Part shown: positions 51,721 to 60,484 of the stretch, piece by piece
Layout of the letters: each line of letters opens with the position of its first letter
Position numbering within the stretch: position 1 is the first letter of the stretch
Source of the DNA: an uncultured Holophagales bacterium
Lineage (GTDB): Bacteria > Acidobacteriota > Thermoanaerobaculia > Multivoradales > UBA5704
Assembly (NCBI GenBank): GCA_963842525.1
Contig: CAWJGT010000024.1
Location: forward strand, 96,001 to 160,000
Reading direction: 5' to 3'
Length of the DNA stretch: 64,000 bases
Program-made: the position numbers and the translations under genes
The notes under the pieces: model-generated
The model's input: only the letters and a program-made list of their open reading frames with translations
Told to the model about the DNA's origin: nothing
The model's database searches: none

Positions 51721-52433
51721 GCGGCATCGCCGGGCGTCTCGCCGAGGTCGAGGCCCGCATCGCGGCGGCCTGCGAGCGGGCCGGCCGCTCGCCCGCGGAG
51801 GTCACGCTGGTCGGGGTCAGCAAGACCCACCCCGCCTCCGCGGTCGAAGAGGCCTGGCGCGCCGGCCTCAAGGTCCTGGGAGAGAACCGGGTCCAGGAGG
51901 CGGTCGCCAAGAGCCGCGAGCTGGGCCATCTCCAACCACCGCCGGAGTGGCATCTGATCGGCCCTCTCCAGTCGAACAAGGTCCGCCAGGCCCTCGAGCT
52001 GTTCCGCACCATCCACTCGATCGACCGTCCCAGGATCGCCGAGGCGCTGGACCGTGAGGCCGGTGCTCTCGGCCTCCGCGTCTCCGGCTTCCTGGAGGTC
52101 AACCTGGGGGAAGAGGGGAGCAAGCACGGCTTTTCACCCCGGAGGCTTACGGACGCGGTCCGCCCGTTCGCGCACCTGGAGCACCTGCGGATCGTCGGCC
52201 TCATGGCCATCCCGCCCGCCGCGGACGAGCCGGAAGCCTCGCGCCCCTGGTTCATCCGCCTCCGCGAGCTGCGCGACGAGCTCGCCGCCCGCCCCGAGTG
52301 GTCGGGTTTCCCCGGCTGGCTCTCGATGGGCATGAGCCACGACTACGAGGTGGCAATCGAGGAGGGGGCGACCCACGTGCGCGTGGGCACCGCGGTGTTT
52401 GGTGCACGCGGCGCACGCGACGCGCAGGGGTAA
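51717..52433 (+). CDS. yggS: PLP homeostasis protein YggS
   Basis: LVGVSKT, GENRVQE, WHLIGPLQSNK, GLMAIPP, LSMGMSHDYEVAIEEGATHVRVGTAVFG. Confidence 0.96.
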   Translation: MSGIAGRLAEVEARIAAACERAGRSPAEVTLVGVSKTHPASAVEEAWRAGLKVLGENRVQEAVAKSRELGHLQPPPEWHLIGPLQSNKVRQALELFRTIHSIDRPRIAEALDREAGALGLRVSGFLEVNLGEEGSKHGFSPRRLTDAVRPFAHLEHLRIVGLMAIPPAADEPEASRPWFIRLRELRDELAARPEWSGFPGWLSMGMSHDYEVAIEEGATHVRVGTAVFGARGARDAQG

Positions 52434-52514
52434 TCAGGCGAGAGTCCTTTTTTTATGCTAAGATAGCTATCTATTTTGTCCAGAGAGTGATCCGAACGGC
52501 TTTTCGGAGGTCCC

Positions 52515-53015
52515 ATGGCGCTGACTCCCCTCGAGATCCAGAAGATGCGCTTCAGCCAGCGGATGAGGGGCTATGACGCGACCGAGGTCGAGAGCTTCCT
52601 CTCGCTGCTCGCCGAGGAGATGACGGCCCGTCTCGCCCATCTCGACAAGCTCGAACGGGAGAACCGCTATTACCGCCAGCGGCTGGAAGAGGGCGAGCAG
52701 CGGGAGCACCAGCTCCAGCAGACCCTGCTGCGGGCGCAGAAGGTGTCGGACGAGATCCTGGCCAATGCCCGCCGCGAAGCCGAGCTGACGGTCAAGGAGG
52801 CCGAGATGGCCGCCGACAAGATCGTGCAGCAGGCCATCGATCAGTCCACCCGCATCGAGGCGAGGATCTCCGAGCTGCGCGCCTCGCGCCGCGAGCTGCA
52901 GCTCAAGTTCAAGAACACCCTCGACCTCTTCCAGCACATCCTGGAAACGGAGATCGAGGACGAGCGGACCACGGCGACCGTCCTCACCCTCCCGCGCAAG
53001 CGGCGCGAGGCCTGA
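52515..53015 (+). CDS. divIVA: DivIVA domain protein
   Basis: LTPLEIQKMRF...RGYDATEVESFL followed by coiled coil. Confidence 0.9.
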   Translation: MALTPLEIQKMRFSQRMRGYDATEVESFLSLLAEEMTARLAHLDKLERENRYYRQRLEEGEQREHQLQQTLLRAQKVSDEILANARREAELTVKEAEMAADKIVQQAIDQSTRIEARISELRASRRELQLKFKNTLDLFQHILETEIEDERTTATVLTLPRKRREA

Positions 53016-53020
53016 GGGTT

Positions 53021-53299
53021 TTGTCGGTTCCTCCCGGTGCGCGGCGGCTCTTCCCGCATCACGACGAGAGCGCCCTCGATCCCGGCACCTCTCTGCTGAC
53101 CGCCCGCCTGTTGGAGGACGGTGACGCCGCGGACCTCTCCTGGCTGACTGCCAACGTGCCCGAAGCCGACCTCGCGGGCTGGCTCGAACGGCACGGCGGC
53201 CGCCAGCTCTCCCGCCGCAGCCGGGCCTTCTGGGAGGTCGTGCTCGGGCGGAAGGCCGTGCCGCCGCCGGAGTCGAGGAGCCTGCTCTGGCCGCTCTGA
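53021..53299 (+). CDS. putative antitoxin of an AbiEii-type module
   Basis: RRLFPHHD...ARLLEDGDAADLSWL...LSRRSRAFW; coupled to the nucleotidyltransferase gene. Confidence 0.65.
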   Translation: MSVPPGARRLFPHHDESALDPGTSLLTARLLEDGDAADLSWLTANVPEADLAGWLERHGGRQLSRRSRAFWEVVLGRKAVPPPESRSLLWPL

Positions 53300-53952
53300 C
53301 AATCCTTCACCCTGAAGCGCTGGCGCCGCGGGCCCAGGCCCTGATCGGCCGCATGGCGCCGGAGCCCTGGGCCGAAGATCTCTACCTGGCCGGCTCGGCC
53401 GCCCTCGCCCTCTATGTGGGCCACCGGCCGGTGCGGGACCTCGACCTGATGACCGCCACCAACCGGCTGACCCCGCCCGAGCGGCGCGACCTGCTCGGGC
53501 AGCTCCTGGAGCTCGACCCCGCCACGGAAGTCGAAACCGCCAGGGACGGCTACCTCTTTGCCCGTCTGGGCGGCGTGGGGGTGCGCTTCTTCTACTACCC
53601 CTATCCTCTGGTGGATGCTTTCGAAGACCTCTCCGGGCTCGCCGTGGCCTCGGCGGTCGACCTCGGCCTGATGAAGATCGCCGCGATCATCAGCCGGGGC
53701 ACGAAACGGGACTTTGTCGACCTGTACCTCCTGTGCCGCGAGCTGCCGCTGCAGAGCTTGCTGGACCGGGCGGACGACAAGTTCGGGCACGTCCGCGACT
53801 TCCCCCTCCAAGCCCTGAAGGGCCTCGCCGACCTTTCCGAGACCGAGGGAGAGCCCATGCCGCGCCTCGCCGCGCCGCTCGACTGGGAGGAGGTCGAGTC
53901 CTGGGTCCGGGCCGAAGTGCGCGAGCTGGGCCGGGCTCGGGTGGGGTTGTAG
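53296..53952 (+). CDS. AbiEii/AbiGii-family nucleotidyltransferase toxin
   Basis: YLAGSAALALYVGHRPVRDLDL, MKIAAIISRGTKRDFVDLY. In-frame extension LTILHPEAL starts at CTG 53296; first ATG is at 53353. Confidence 0.85.
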   Translation: MTILHPEALAPRAQALIGRMAPEPWAEDLYLAGSAALALYVGHRPVRDLDLMTATNRLTPPERRDLLGQLLELDPATEVETARDGYLFARLGGVGVRFFYYPYPLVDAFEDLSGLAVASAVDLGLMKIAAIISRGTKRDFVDLYLLCRELPLQSLLDRADDKFGHVRDFPLQALKGLADLSETEGEPMPRLAAPLDWEEVESWVRAEVRELGRARVGL

Positions 53953-53996
53953 GACCAGCCCCTGGCTCAGAGCGGATGAGGTTCGAGCGGACGGCC

Positions 53997-54077
53997 CTAC
54001 ACCGGCTCACAATCCGACTCGATCACATGCCCGATCGCTTTGATGACCTCGTCGACGTAGACCTCACCAGGCTCCAT
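53997..54077 (-). pseudogene. internally deleted PemK/MazF-like toxin remnant
   Basis: TGATG-coupled 26-aa ORF MEPGEVY-VDEVIKAIGHVIESDCEPV, resembling the two ends of a MazF-like protein joined together. Confidence 0.55.
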
Positions 54078-54295
54078 CAAGAGGCCTCGTCCAGACGTCG
54101 TCCCGCATTTCGGAGACCAACCGCCCGAATCGCCCTTTGCCGCCTTTCATCCTCTACGATCTCGCGGACAGCTTCATACTCGGTCAGGGGGACCAGAACA
54201 TACGCTGCATTGGTCCGGGGATCCACCACCTGCGGAGGCCCGTCGTCCGGCGAATCAAGAGCGCGCTGCTGCTGTGCGGTCAAGCGAATAGCCAT
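54077..54295 (-). CDS. small antitoxin-like protein
   Basis: RBS GAGGG; LTAQQQRAL...VVDPRTNAAYVLVPLTEYE. Confidence 0.65.
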   Translation of the reverse strand: MAIRLTAQQQRALDSPDDGPPQVVDPRTNAAYVLVPLTEYEAVREIVEDERRQRAIRAVGLRNAGRRLDEAS

Positions 54296-54404
54296 GGCAC
54301 ATTATCCCTCAACAACCCCTGTCTGACGACCTGCCAGCCCGCCGCCGTCGTCCCTCCGCTGTCCAGACCTTTCCAGGACAGGCCGTGAGGTAGACTTCCC
54401 CCGC

Positions 54405-55655
54405 ATGCTCCTCATCCACAACCTCGCCGAGGTGGCAACTGCCGAAGGCTCCGAGCCACGGCGCGGCGCCGATCAGGGCCGGATCCGGCGCCTGGCGGGG
54501 GCGGAGGTGCTCTGCCGGGCGGGCCGGATCGCCTTTGTTGGGTCACCGGAGGAGCGGCGGCGGCTCTTTGGTGAGCTGCCGGATGCGGAGCGGCTCGACG
54601 GGCGCGGCGGCACTCTCGTCCCGGGCTTCGTCGACGCCCATACCCACCTGCCGTGGGCCGGCAGCCGCGAGGACGAGTTCGCGATGCGCCTGGCCGGCCG
54701 GACCTACCAGGAGATTGCCGAGGCCGGCGGCGGCATCCTCTCCACGGTGGCGGCCACCCGCCAGGCCAGCGAAGAGGAGCTCGCCGCCCTCGCCCGGCGC
54801 CGGATGGACCAGATGCTCGCCTGGGGAACCACGACCGCTGAGGCCAAGAGCGGCTACGGGCTCTCGCTGGAGAGCGAGCTCAAACAGCTCCGCGCCATTC
54901 GCCGCGCCTCGGAGGACCATCCGGTCGACCTGGTGCCGACCCTGCTCGCTGCGCACGAGGTCCCTCCGGAGCACCGGAAGAAGCGCCGGCGGTACATCGA
55001 CCTGATCTGTGACCAGATCGTGCCAGCCGTGGCGGAGCAGGGCCTGGCGCGCTTCTGCGACGTCTTCTGCGAGCAGGGGGTGTTCAGCGCCGAGGAGTCG
55101 CGCAAGGTCCTGGAAGCGGGTGCCCGCCACGGCTTGGCGCCGCGGCTCCATGCCGATGAGTTCGCCGACTCGGGAGGGGCCGAGCTGGCCGCCGAGCTGG
55201 GCGCTCTCTCGGCCGACCACCTGATGGCGGTCTCGCCCGCCGGCATCGAGGCGCTCGCACGCTCCCAGGTGACCGCGGTGCTCCTTCCCGGCACCAGCTT
55301 CTTCCTCCGCCTGCATCGCTGGGCGCCGGCGCGGCGGCTGATCGAGGCCGGCGTGCCCGTGGCGCTGGCGACCGACTGCAACCCGGGCTCCTCCTACACC
55401 GAGTCGATGCCCATGGTCTTCGTCCTGGCCGTCTTCGAGCTGGGGCTGACGATCGAAGAGAGCCTCACGGCGGCCACCCTGAACGCGGCCTGCTCGCTGG
55501 GTCTGGGTGCCGAGATCGGCTCCGTCGAACCCGGCAAACGCGCCGATCTGGTCCTGCTCGACGCTCCCAATCTCCTCCATCTGGCCTACCACTACGGGAT
55601 CAACCCGGTGGCGGCAGTCGTCAAGGAAGGACGCGTCGTCCGCCGGATGGCGTAG
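54405..55655 (+). CDS. hutI: imidazolonepropionase
   Basis: PGFVDAHTH, EIAEAGGGILSTV, EAKSGYGL, CDVFCE, HADEF, SADHL, ATDCNPGSS. Confidence 0.96.
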   Translation: MLLIHNLAEVATAEGSEPRRGADQGRIRRLAGAEVLCRAGRIAFVGSPEERRRLFGELPDAERLDGRGGTLVPGFVDAHTHLPWAGSREDEFAMRLAGRTYQEIAEAGGGILSTVAATRQASEEELAALARRRMDQMLAWGTTTAEAKSGYGLSLESELKQLRAIRRASEDHPVDLVPTLLAAHEVPPEHRKKRRRYIDLICDQIVPAVAEQGLARFCDVFCEQGVFSAEESRKVLEAGARHGLAPRLHADEFADSGGAELAAELGALSADHLMAVSPAGIEALARSQVTAVLLPGTSFFLRLHRWAPARRLIEAGVPVALATDCNPGSSYTESMPMVFVLAVFELGLTIEESLTAATLNAACSLGLGAEIGSVEPGKRADLVLLDAPNLLHLAYHYGINPVAAVVKEGRVVRRMA

Positions 55656-55668
55656 ACTGGTCATCCCA

Positions 55669-56115
55669 ATGCACCCCAGGCGGCTGTACCCCACGTTGAT
55701 CATGACTCTGCTCGCCGGAGCAACGGCGGCCGTCCTCCAGGCTGCCCCGGAGAAAACCCCGGTCGTCGTGGTCACCCCCTCGGGCCTGCGCTACGTGGAT
55801 CTCAAGCTGGGGGAGGGGGAGGAGGCCATTGAGGGCAAGATCCTCGAAATCGACTACACCGGCTGGCTCAAGGAGGGTGGGAGCAAGTTCGACTCCACCC
55901 AGGACAGCAAGCGCCCCCTCACCCTCCGCCTCGGCGCCGGCGACGTCATCAAGGGTCTGGACGAAGGGCTCACCGGGATGAAAGTGGGCGGAAAACGCAA
56001 GCTGATCGTCCCGCCCGAGCTGGGCTTCGGAAAAGAGGGAGGCGGTGGGGTGATCCCCCCCAACGCCATCCTCCTCTACGAGGTCGAGCTGCTCGCCGTG
56101 CGGGATCCGGGGTGA
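55669..56115 (+). CDS. FKBP-type peptidyl-prolyl isomerase
   Basis: YTGWL...KFDS, VIKGLDEGLTGMKVGGKRKLIVPPELGFG, IPPNAILLYEVEL. Confidence 0.93.
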   Translation: MHPRRLYPTLIMTLLAGATAAVLQAAPEKTPVVVVTPSGLRYVDLKLGEGEEAIEGKILEIDYTGWLKEGGSKFDSTQDSKRPLTLRLGAGDVIKGLDEGLTGMKVGGKRKLIVPPELGFGKEGGGGVIPPNAILLYEVELLAVRDPG

Positions 56116-56118
56116 GGA

Positions 56119-56302
56119 TCAGGCGCAGACCGCCTCTTCCTCGACCAGCTCCTCTTCACCTGTCACTGCCGGTTCCTCCGCTGGCTGCTCGCGCCGGCTC
56201 TCCGTCTTCGCGCTGGTGATCAGGGCCACGCCCGTGACGATCACCGCGGCGGCCCCCAGGGACCGTCCCCAGGGCGAGCCAGACCTTCCACTTCTCAGTC
56301 AA
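56119..56302 (-). CDS. small single-TM protein with acidic tail (one frameshift)
   Basis: RBS GAGGAGG + TTG at 56302; removing one C near 56265 gives MTEKWKVWLALGTVLGAAAVIVTGVALITSAK...EEEAVCA. Confidence 0.45.
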
Positions 56303-56468
56303 GGGACACCTCCTCTGCCACGTCTTCTCACCCCGCGCTGCTCCAGCTTGCGGATCCGCTCCAGCAGAGAGCGGGTCCGGAGCGGGCCCTACGGCCGGGA
56401 CGGCGGCGCCCTTGGGCCTGGCCGCCGCCGTCCCCATTCTGTTGTCAAAGAACGCCTTCCGGCGGCGC

Positions 56469-56921
56469 TCACGTCTTGACGATCCTCCGGAGCCGCTGGA
56501 GCAGGAGCCGGGTGTCGTAGACGTTGTCCGTGGCGACGAAGAGCGTGTCGTCCTCGGCGAGGACTCCCCTCACCTCGGGCCAGGCGGCACTCTTGAGAGC
56601 CACTGCCACGGCCTTGGCCATCCCCGCAGTCGTGTCGAACACCATCATGTACGGCCCGGCGCTGCGCACCCGCCGGATGAACTCTTCCATCTTCCCGATC
56701 GCGCCTTCGTTCCCCTTCGGGTTGGGCGGCCGGTAGACGCCCTCGCGGCGCACGACCCCGAGGGCTTTCAGATCGCGGCTGACACTCGACTGCGTCACCT
56801 TGAAACCCATCTTGCGCAGAGCGCGCCCGAGGTCAATCTGGCGTCGGATCGGGCGGTCCGCCAGGATCTCGAGGATCGCCTTGCGGCGGTGGTCCTGAAA
56901 CTCACGGTCGATCGGCATCAC
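56469..56921 (-). CDS. argR: ArgR-family arginine repressor
   Basis: RRKAILEI...Q..L...L...GFKVTQSSVSRDLKALG; C-terminal GVLAEDDTLFV. Confidence 0.85.
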   Translation of the reverse strand: MMPIDREFQDHRRKAILEILADRPIRRQIDLGRALRKMGFKVTQSSVSRDLKALGVVRREGVYRPPNPKGNEGAIGKMEEFIRRVRSAGPYMMVFDTTAGMAKAVAVALKSAAWPEVRGVLAEDDTLFVATDNVYDTRLLLQRLRRIVKT

Positions 56922-57102
56922 GTGCCTCCTTCAATATGCTGCATCCTACCAGGGCTGTAAGAAACTGTCCATCTGGCCCTTGACAACCGGATGCACCCCA
57001 TGGATTCTATGCGCACCGAGCTGTCGGGGGACACCCTCCCTGGCGCCAATTCCGGCGCCTGGAGGTCAGGGGCCGGAAAGGCTCCAGCAAAGGAGACGGA
57101 GC

Positions 57103-57465
57103 ATGCCGCACGAGACGCGGGGGGGCGGGCGCCAGGAACGCACGGCCGAGCCGCCGCTGCTCGGCCTCCAGCCGCTGCCGCACGGCCTCCAGCCGCAGCC
57201 GCACGGCCTCCAGCCGCAGCCGCACGACCCCGCGCCGCAGCCGCACGACCTCCAGCCGCAGGCGCCCGACCCCGCGCCGCTGCCGCACGACCTCCAGCCG
57301 CCGCCGCACGACCCCGCGCCGCTGCCGCACGACCTCCAGCCGCAGCCGCACGACCCCGTGTGGCAGCCGCACGAGCCCGTGCGGCTCGCGCACGACCGTG
57401 TGTGGCAGCCGCACGACCCCGTGCGGCAGCGGCACGACCGTGTGCCGGTTCCGCAGGCCGAGTAA
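57103..57465 (+). CDS. possible Pro/Gln/His heptad-repeat peptide
   Basis: AAGGAG 7 nt before ATG 57103; stop codon coincides with the end of the array. Confidence 0.35.
   Translation: MPHETRGGGRQERTAEPPLLGLQPLPHGLQPQPHGLQPQPHDPAPQPHDLQPQAPDPAPLPHDLQPPPHDPAPLPHDLQPQPHDPVWQPHEPVRLAHDRVWQPHDPVRQRHDRVPVPQAE
57151..57465. repeat. 21-bp tandem array (~15 units, consensus ~CCGCAGCCGCACGACCTCCAG / CCCGCG)
   Basis: ccgctgccgcacggcctccag, ccgcagccgcacggcctccag, ccgcagccgcacgaccccgcg ... cggcagcggcacgaccgtgtg; no indels. Confidence 0.9.
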
Positions 57466-57596
57466 GTTGGATTTCATGGGGGAGTGTGCGTTGCGCACGT
57501 CCCCCTGTTCTTTGACAACCGAAGTACTACCTTCCAAGCCAGGGATGGGCCTTGGCCGGAGGCCTGTCCCTCCCACCTGTCTGCTCCCCAGCCGCG

Positions 57597-57782
57597 CTAC
57601 ACCAGATAAGCGAAGGCTTTGCCTGCCAGCGCTGCCGAATTGGCCAATGCAGAGACGTTCTCGCCGATTTCCTGCGGCTCGGCGTCATTCACCTTGAATT
57701 CGGCCCACTCGGTTTCGTGTGGCAGCTTGCACAGCTCCCGTACCAAGCTGACCAGATACTCGGCGGGGCGGTCGGTGGTCAC
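57597..57782 (-). pseudogene. N-terminal fragment of an AlbA_2 (Schlafen-like)/RecG-C type protein
   Basis: ELCKLPHETEWAEFKVN...IGENVSALANSAAL...AYLV then stop; WG resumes a few codons later and the frame decays. Confidence 0.7.
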
Positions 57783-59620
57783 GGAGCCGACCCCGCCACC
57801 GCCTCTTCCACATCCCCCGACTGGATGTGCCACAGATCGGCGTAGGTGCCGCCGCGGGCGACGAGGTCGTCGTGGGTTCCCTCTTCGACCACGCCGCCGT
57901 CGCGCAGGACCAGGATGCGGTCGGCGTGGCGGATGGTCGAGAGGCGGTGGGCGATGATGAGGGCGGTGCGGCCGGCGGTCAGAGTGCGGAGGTTCTGCTG
58001 GATGGCGCGCTCGGTCTCGGTGTCCACCGAGCTGGTGGCTTCGTCCAGGATCAGGATCGGCGCGTCCTTGAGGATGGCCCGGGCGATCGAGAGGCGCTGG
58101 CGCTGGCCGCCGGAGAGCTGGATGCCTCTTTCGCCGATCTGGGTGTCGTACCCCTGGGGCAGCGAGGCCACGAAGTCGTGGAGCTGGGCGAGCTCGGCCG
58201 CCCGCACCACCTCCTCGATCGGCACGTCGCCGGTGCGGTAGGCGATGTTCTCGCGGATCGTGCCGTGGAAGAGATAGACGTCCTGGCTCACCAGGGCGAT
58301 GTTGCGCCGCAGGTCTTGCAGGGACAGGCTGCGCAGGTCGATGCCGTCGAGCAGCACCGCGCCGGAGGTCGGGTCGTAGAAGCGCAGGAGCAGCTTGATC
58401 AACGTCGACTTGCCCGCTCCCGTCGGTCCGGCGATGCCGATCGTCTCCCCGGGGGCGATGCGAAAGCTGATCCCCTGGAGCACCGGCTCGTGGCTGCGCC
58501 CGCGGGCATAGCGGAATTCCACGTCGTCGAAGGCGATCTCGCCCTGCGCCCGCTGCAGCGGTGTCGGGTGCGGCGGGTCCTGGATCGAGGCCGGCGTGCC
58601 CAGCAGGCCGAAGATCCGCCGCGCGCTCGCCCGGGCCCGCTCGAAATCGTCGAGCGTGGTGCCCAGCCGGGTGAGCGGCCAGAGCAGGCGCTCGGTCATC
58701 ATGGCGAAGAGGACCAGCTCGCCCGCGGTGATGATCCCGCGACCCTCCAGGACCCAGTAGCTCCCGACCAGCAGCACACCGGCAAAGCCGCCCACGATAG
58801 CCATGCGGATCACCGGGATGTAGAGTGCCGACAGGCGGATCGCGTCGTAGTTGGCCTGCCGGTAGGCGTCCGACACCTGGCGGACCCGCTCGGTCTCGAA
58901 GTCTTCGGCGGTGAAGCTCTTGATGACGTGGATGCCGGAGATGTTGTTCTCCAGCCGGCTCGCCAGCCCCCCGACGCCCTCGCGCACCTTGCGGTACCGC
59001 GGCGCGATCTTCCGCTGGTAATAGAAGCCGCTCCACAGGATGACGGGGATCGGCGCCATGCCCACCAGAGAGAGCTGCCACGAGATGGGCACCATGACCG
59101 AGACCGCGAAGATGACCAGGATGGCGACCTGGAGCAACTCGTTGAAGCCGGTGTTCAGGAACCGCTCGAGCTGGTTCACGTCGTCGTTGAGCATGGCCAG
59201 GATCTCGCCCAGCCGGTGCTCCTCGAAGAAGGCGATCTCCCGCGACTGGATGCGGTTGTAGGTGTCGATCCGCAGGTCGTGCTGAACGGTCTGGGCGAGG
59301 CGCATGAAGCCGAGCTGGTAGAGCCACTGGAAGAAGCTCTCGAAGAAGAAGATGCCGACCGAGAGCCCGGCCAGCACCATGGCCATGCTCCAGGGGTCCG
59401 AGGTCCCGGCGAGCGAAGCGATCCAGCGCGGCGGCGCGCCGCGGAGCGAATCGACCACCCAGCCCACCAGGAGCGGCGGCATCAGGTCGAGGATCTTGTT
59501 GGCGACGCTCGACCCGCTGGCGAACAGGAGCTGTCCTCGATAGGACATCAGGTAGCGGAACAGGCTCCGCATCGGGCGCTCGGCCTCGGGCAGGCGGGAC
59601 AGGGCGGCGGGCTGGCTCAT
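57779..59620 (-). CDS. ABC exporter, fused permease/ATPase (MsbA-like)
   Basis: TM domain; GPTGAGKST, LSGGQRQR, ILDEATSSVD, IAHRLST. Confidence 0.95.
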   Translation of the reverse strand: MSQPAALSRLPEAERPMRSLFRYLMSYRGQLLFASGSSVANKILDLMPPLLVGWVVDSLRGAPPRWIASLAGTSDPWSMAMVLAGLSVGIFFFESFFQWLYQLGFMRLAQTVQHDLRIDTYNRIQSREIAFFEEHRLGEILAMLNDDVNQLERFLNTGFNELLQVAILVIFAVSVMVPISWQLSLVGMAPIPVILWSGFYYQRKIAPRYRKVREGVGGLASRLENNISGIHVIKSFTAEDFETERVRQVSDAYRQANYDAIRLSALYIPVIRMAIVGGFAGVLLVGSYWVLEGRGIITAGELVLFAMMTERLLWPLTRLGTTLDDFERARASARRIFGLLGTPASIQDPPHPTPLQRAQGEIAFDDVEFRYARGRSHEPVLQGISFRIAPGETIGIAGPTGAGKSTLIKLLLRFYDPTSGAVLLDGIDLRSLSLQDLRRNIALVSQDVYLFHGTIRENIAYRTGDVPIEEVVRAAELAQLHDFVASLPQGYDTQIGERGIQLSGGQRQRLSIARAILKDAPILILDEATSSVDTETERAIQQNLRTLTAGRTALIIAHRLSTIRHADRILVLRDGGVVEEGTHDDLVARGGTYADLWHIQSGDVEEAVAGSAP

Positions 59621-59636
59621 CAGCGAAATGGCGTGT

Positions 59637-60182
59637 CTAGCTGCCCGTCTTCCCCGCCAGTTTCGCGTTGAACGCCGCCGACTCGCCGCGCGGGACGGAG
59701 AGGGTCTGCCAGCCCTCGTCCGCGAGGACTTTGCAGAGGAAGACGATCTGGCCGACGTGGTAGGCGACGTGGGTGAGGGAGCGGTCGAGGGCCCGGACGA
59801 CGGTGTGGGGCTCGGAGCGGATCGCCACGGTCTTCGCCAGGTCCTCTTCGGTCAGGGTCGCGAGAGTGCCGAAGAGGCAGCTCCAGCCCTCCTCCCAGCG
59901 CGCCAGGAGGTCCGCGCGGGTCGTCGCCTCGGCGACCTCGAACTCACTGTCCCGGTCGCGGTCGGGCTTCTCGCCGTCGGTGGTCAGGAAGTCGGTCCAG
60001 CGGGAGCGGAGGTTGCCTCCCACGTGCTGGAGCAGGACGGCCAGGCTGTTGGACTCCCGGCCGAGGTTTTCGAAGAGGTCTTCGTCGGGCACCTGGGCCA
60101 GGGCCCGGTCGGCCAGCTTCTTGAGGTCGCGGAACTGGGCGTCGACGTCCTTCAGATAGAGGGCCGCAGGCGAGTCGCTCAT
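59637..60182 (-). CDS. DUF1572 (DinB/YfiT-like) protein
   Basis: SNSLAVLLQHVGGNLRSRWTDFLTTDGEKPDRDRDSEF; HVAYHVGQIV. Confidence 0.88.
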   Translation of the reverse strand: MSDSPAALYLKDVDAQFRDLKKLADRALAQVPDEDLFENLGRESNSLAVLLQHVGGNLRSRWTDFLTTDGEKPDRDRDSEFEVAEATTRADLLARWEEGWSCLFGTLATLTEEDLAKTVAIRSEPHTVVRALDRSLTHVAYHVGQIVFLCKVLADEGWQTLSVPRGESAAFNAKLAGKTGS

Positions 60183-60484
60183 GCTGGCGAGGCTAGCACG
60201 CGCGGGGCGCCCGCGCACCGGGGAGTGCGATGCGCGCGGCGCCCCGCGCCGGCGGCTTCCGTCTGCCGGCGCCTTGCGGAGCCGGCAGCCCTTGCGACGG
60301 AAGCCTGGATCTCGAGGCGGCGTTCTCTGGGGGTAGACGGTAGCGCACCTGCGCGGAGCGCGCTGTGAAGCGCTGCACAGAGAGGGTGCGAGCTGCTCCA
60401 CAAGCGGGCCGGGAGCCGGAAAGAGCTATACTTTGTGCCGTTAGAACAAAGGGAAAGTCAGGATCAGATGGAATCTCAGGCATC

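Noticed and set aside
56922-56980. ARG box upstream of argR
   Set aside because: Only a weak partial match (TGCAGCATATTGA); not supportable.
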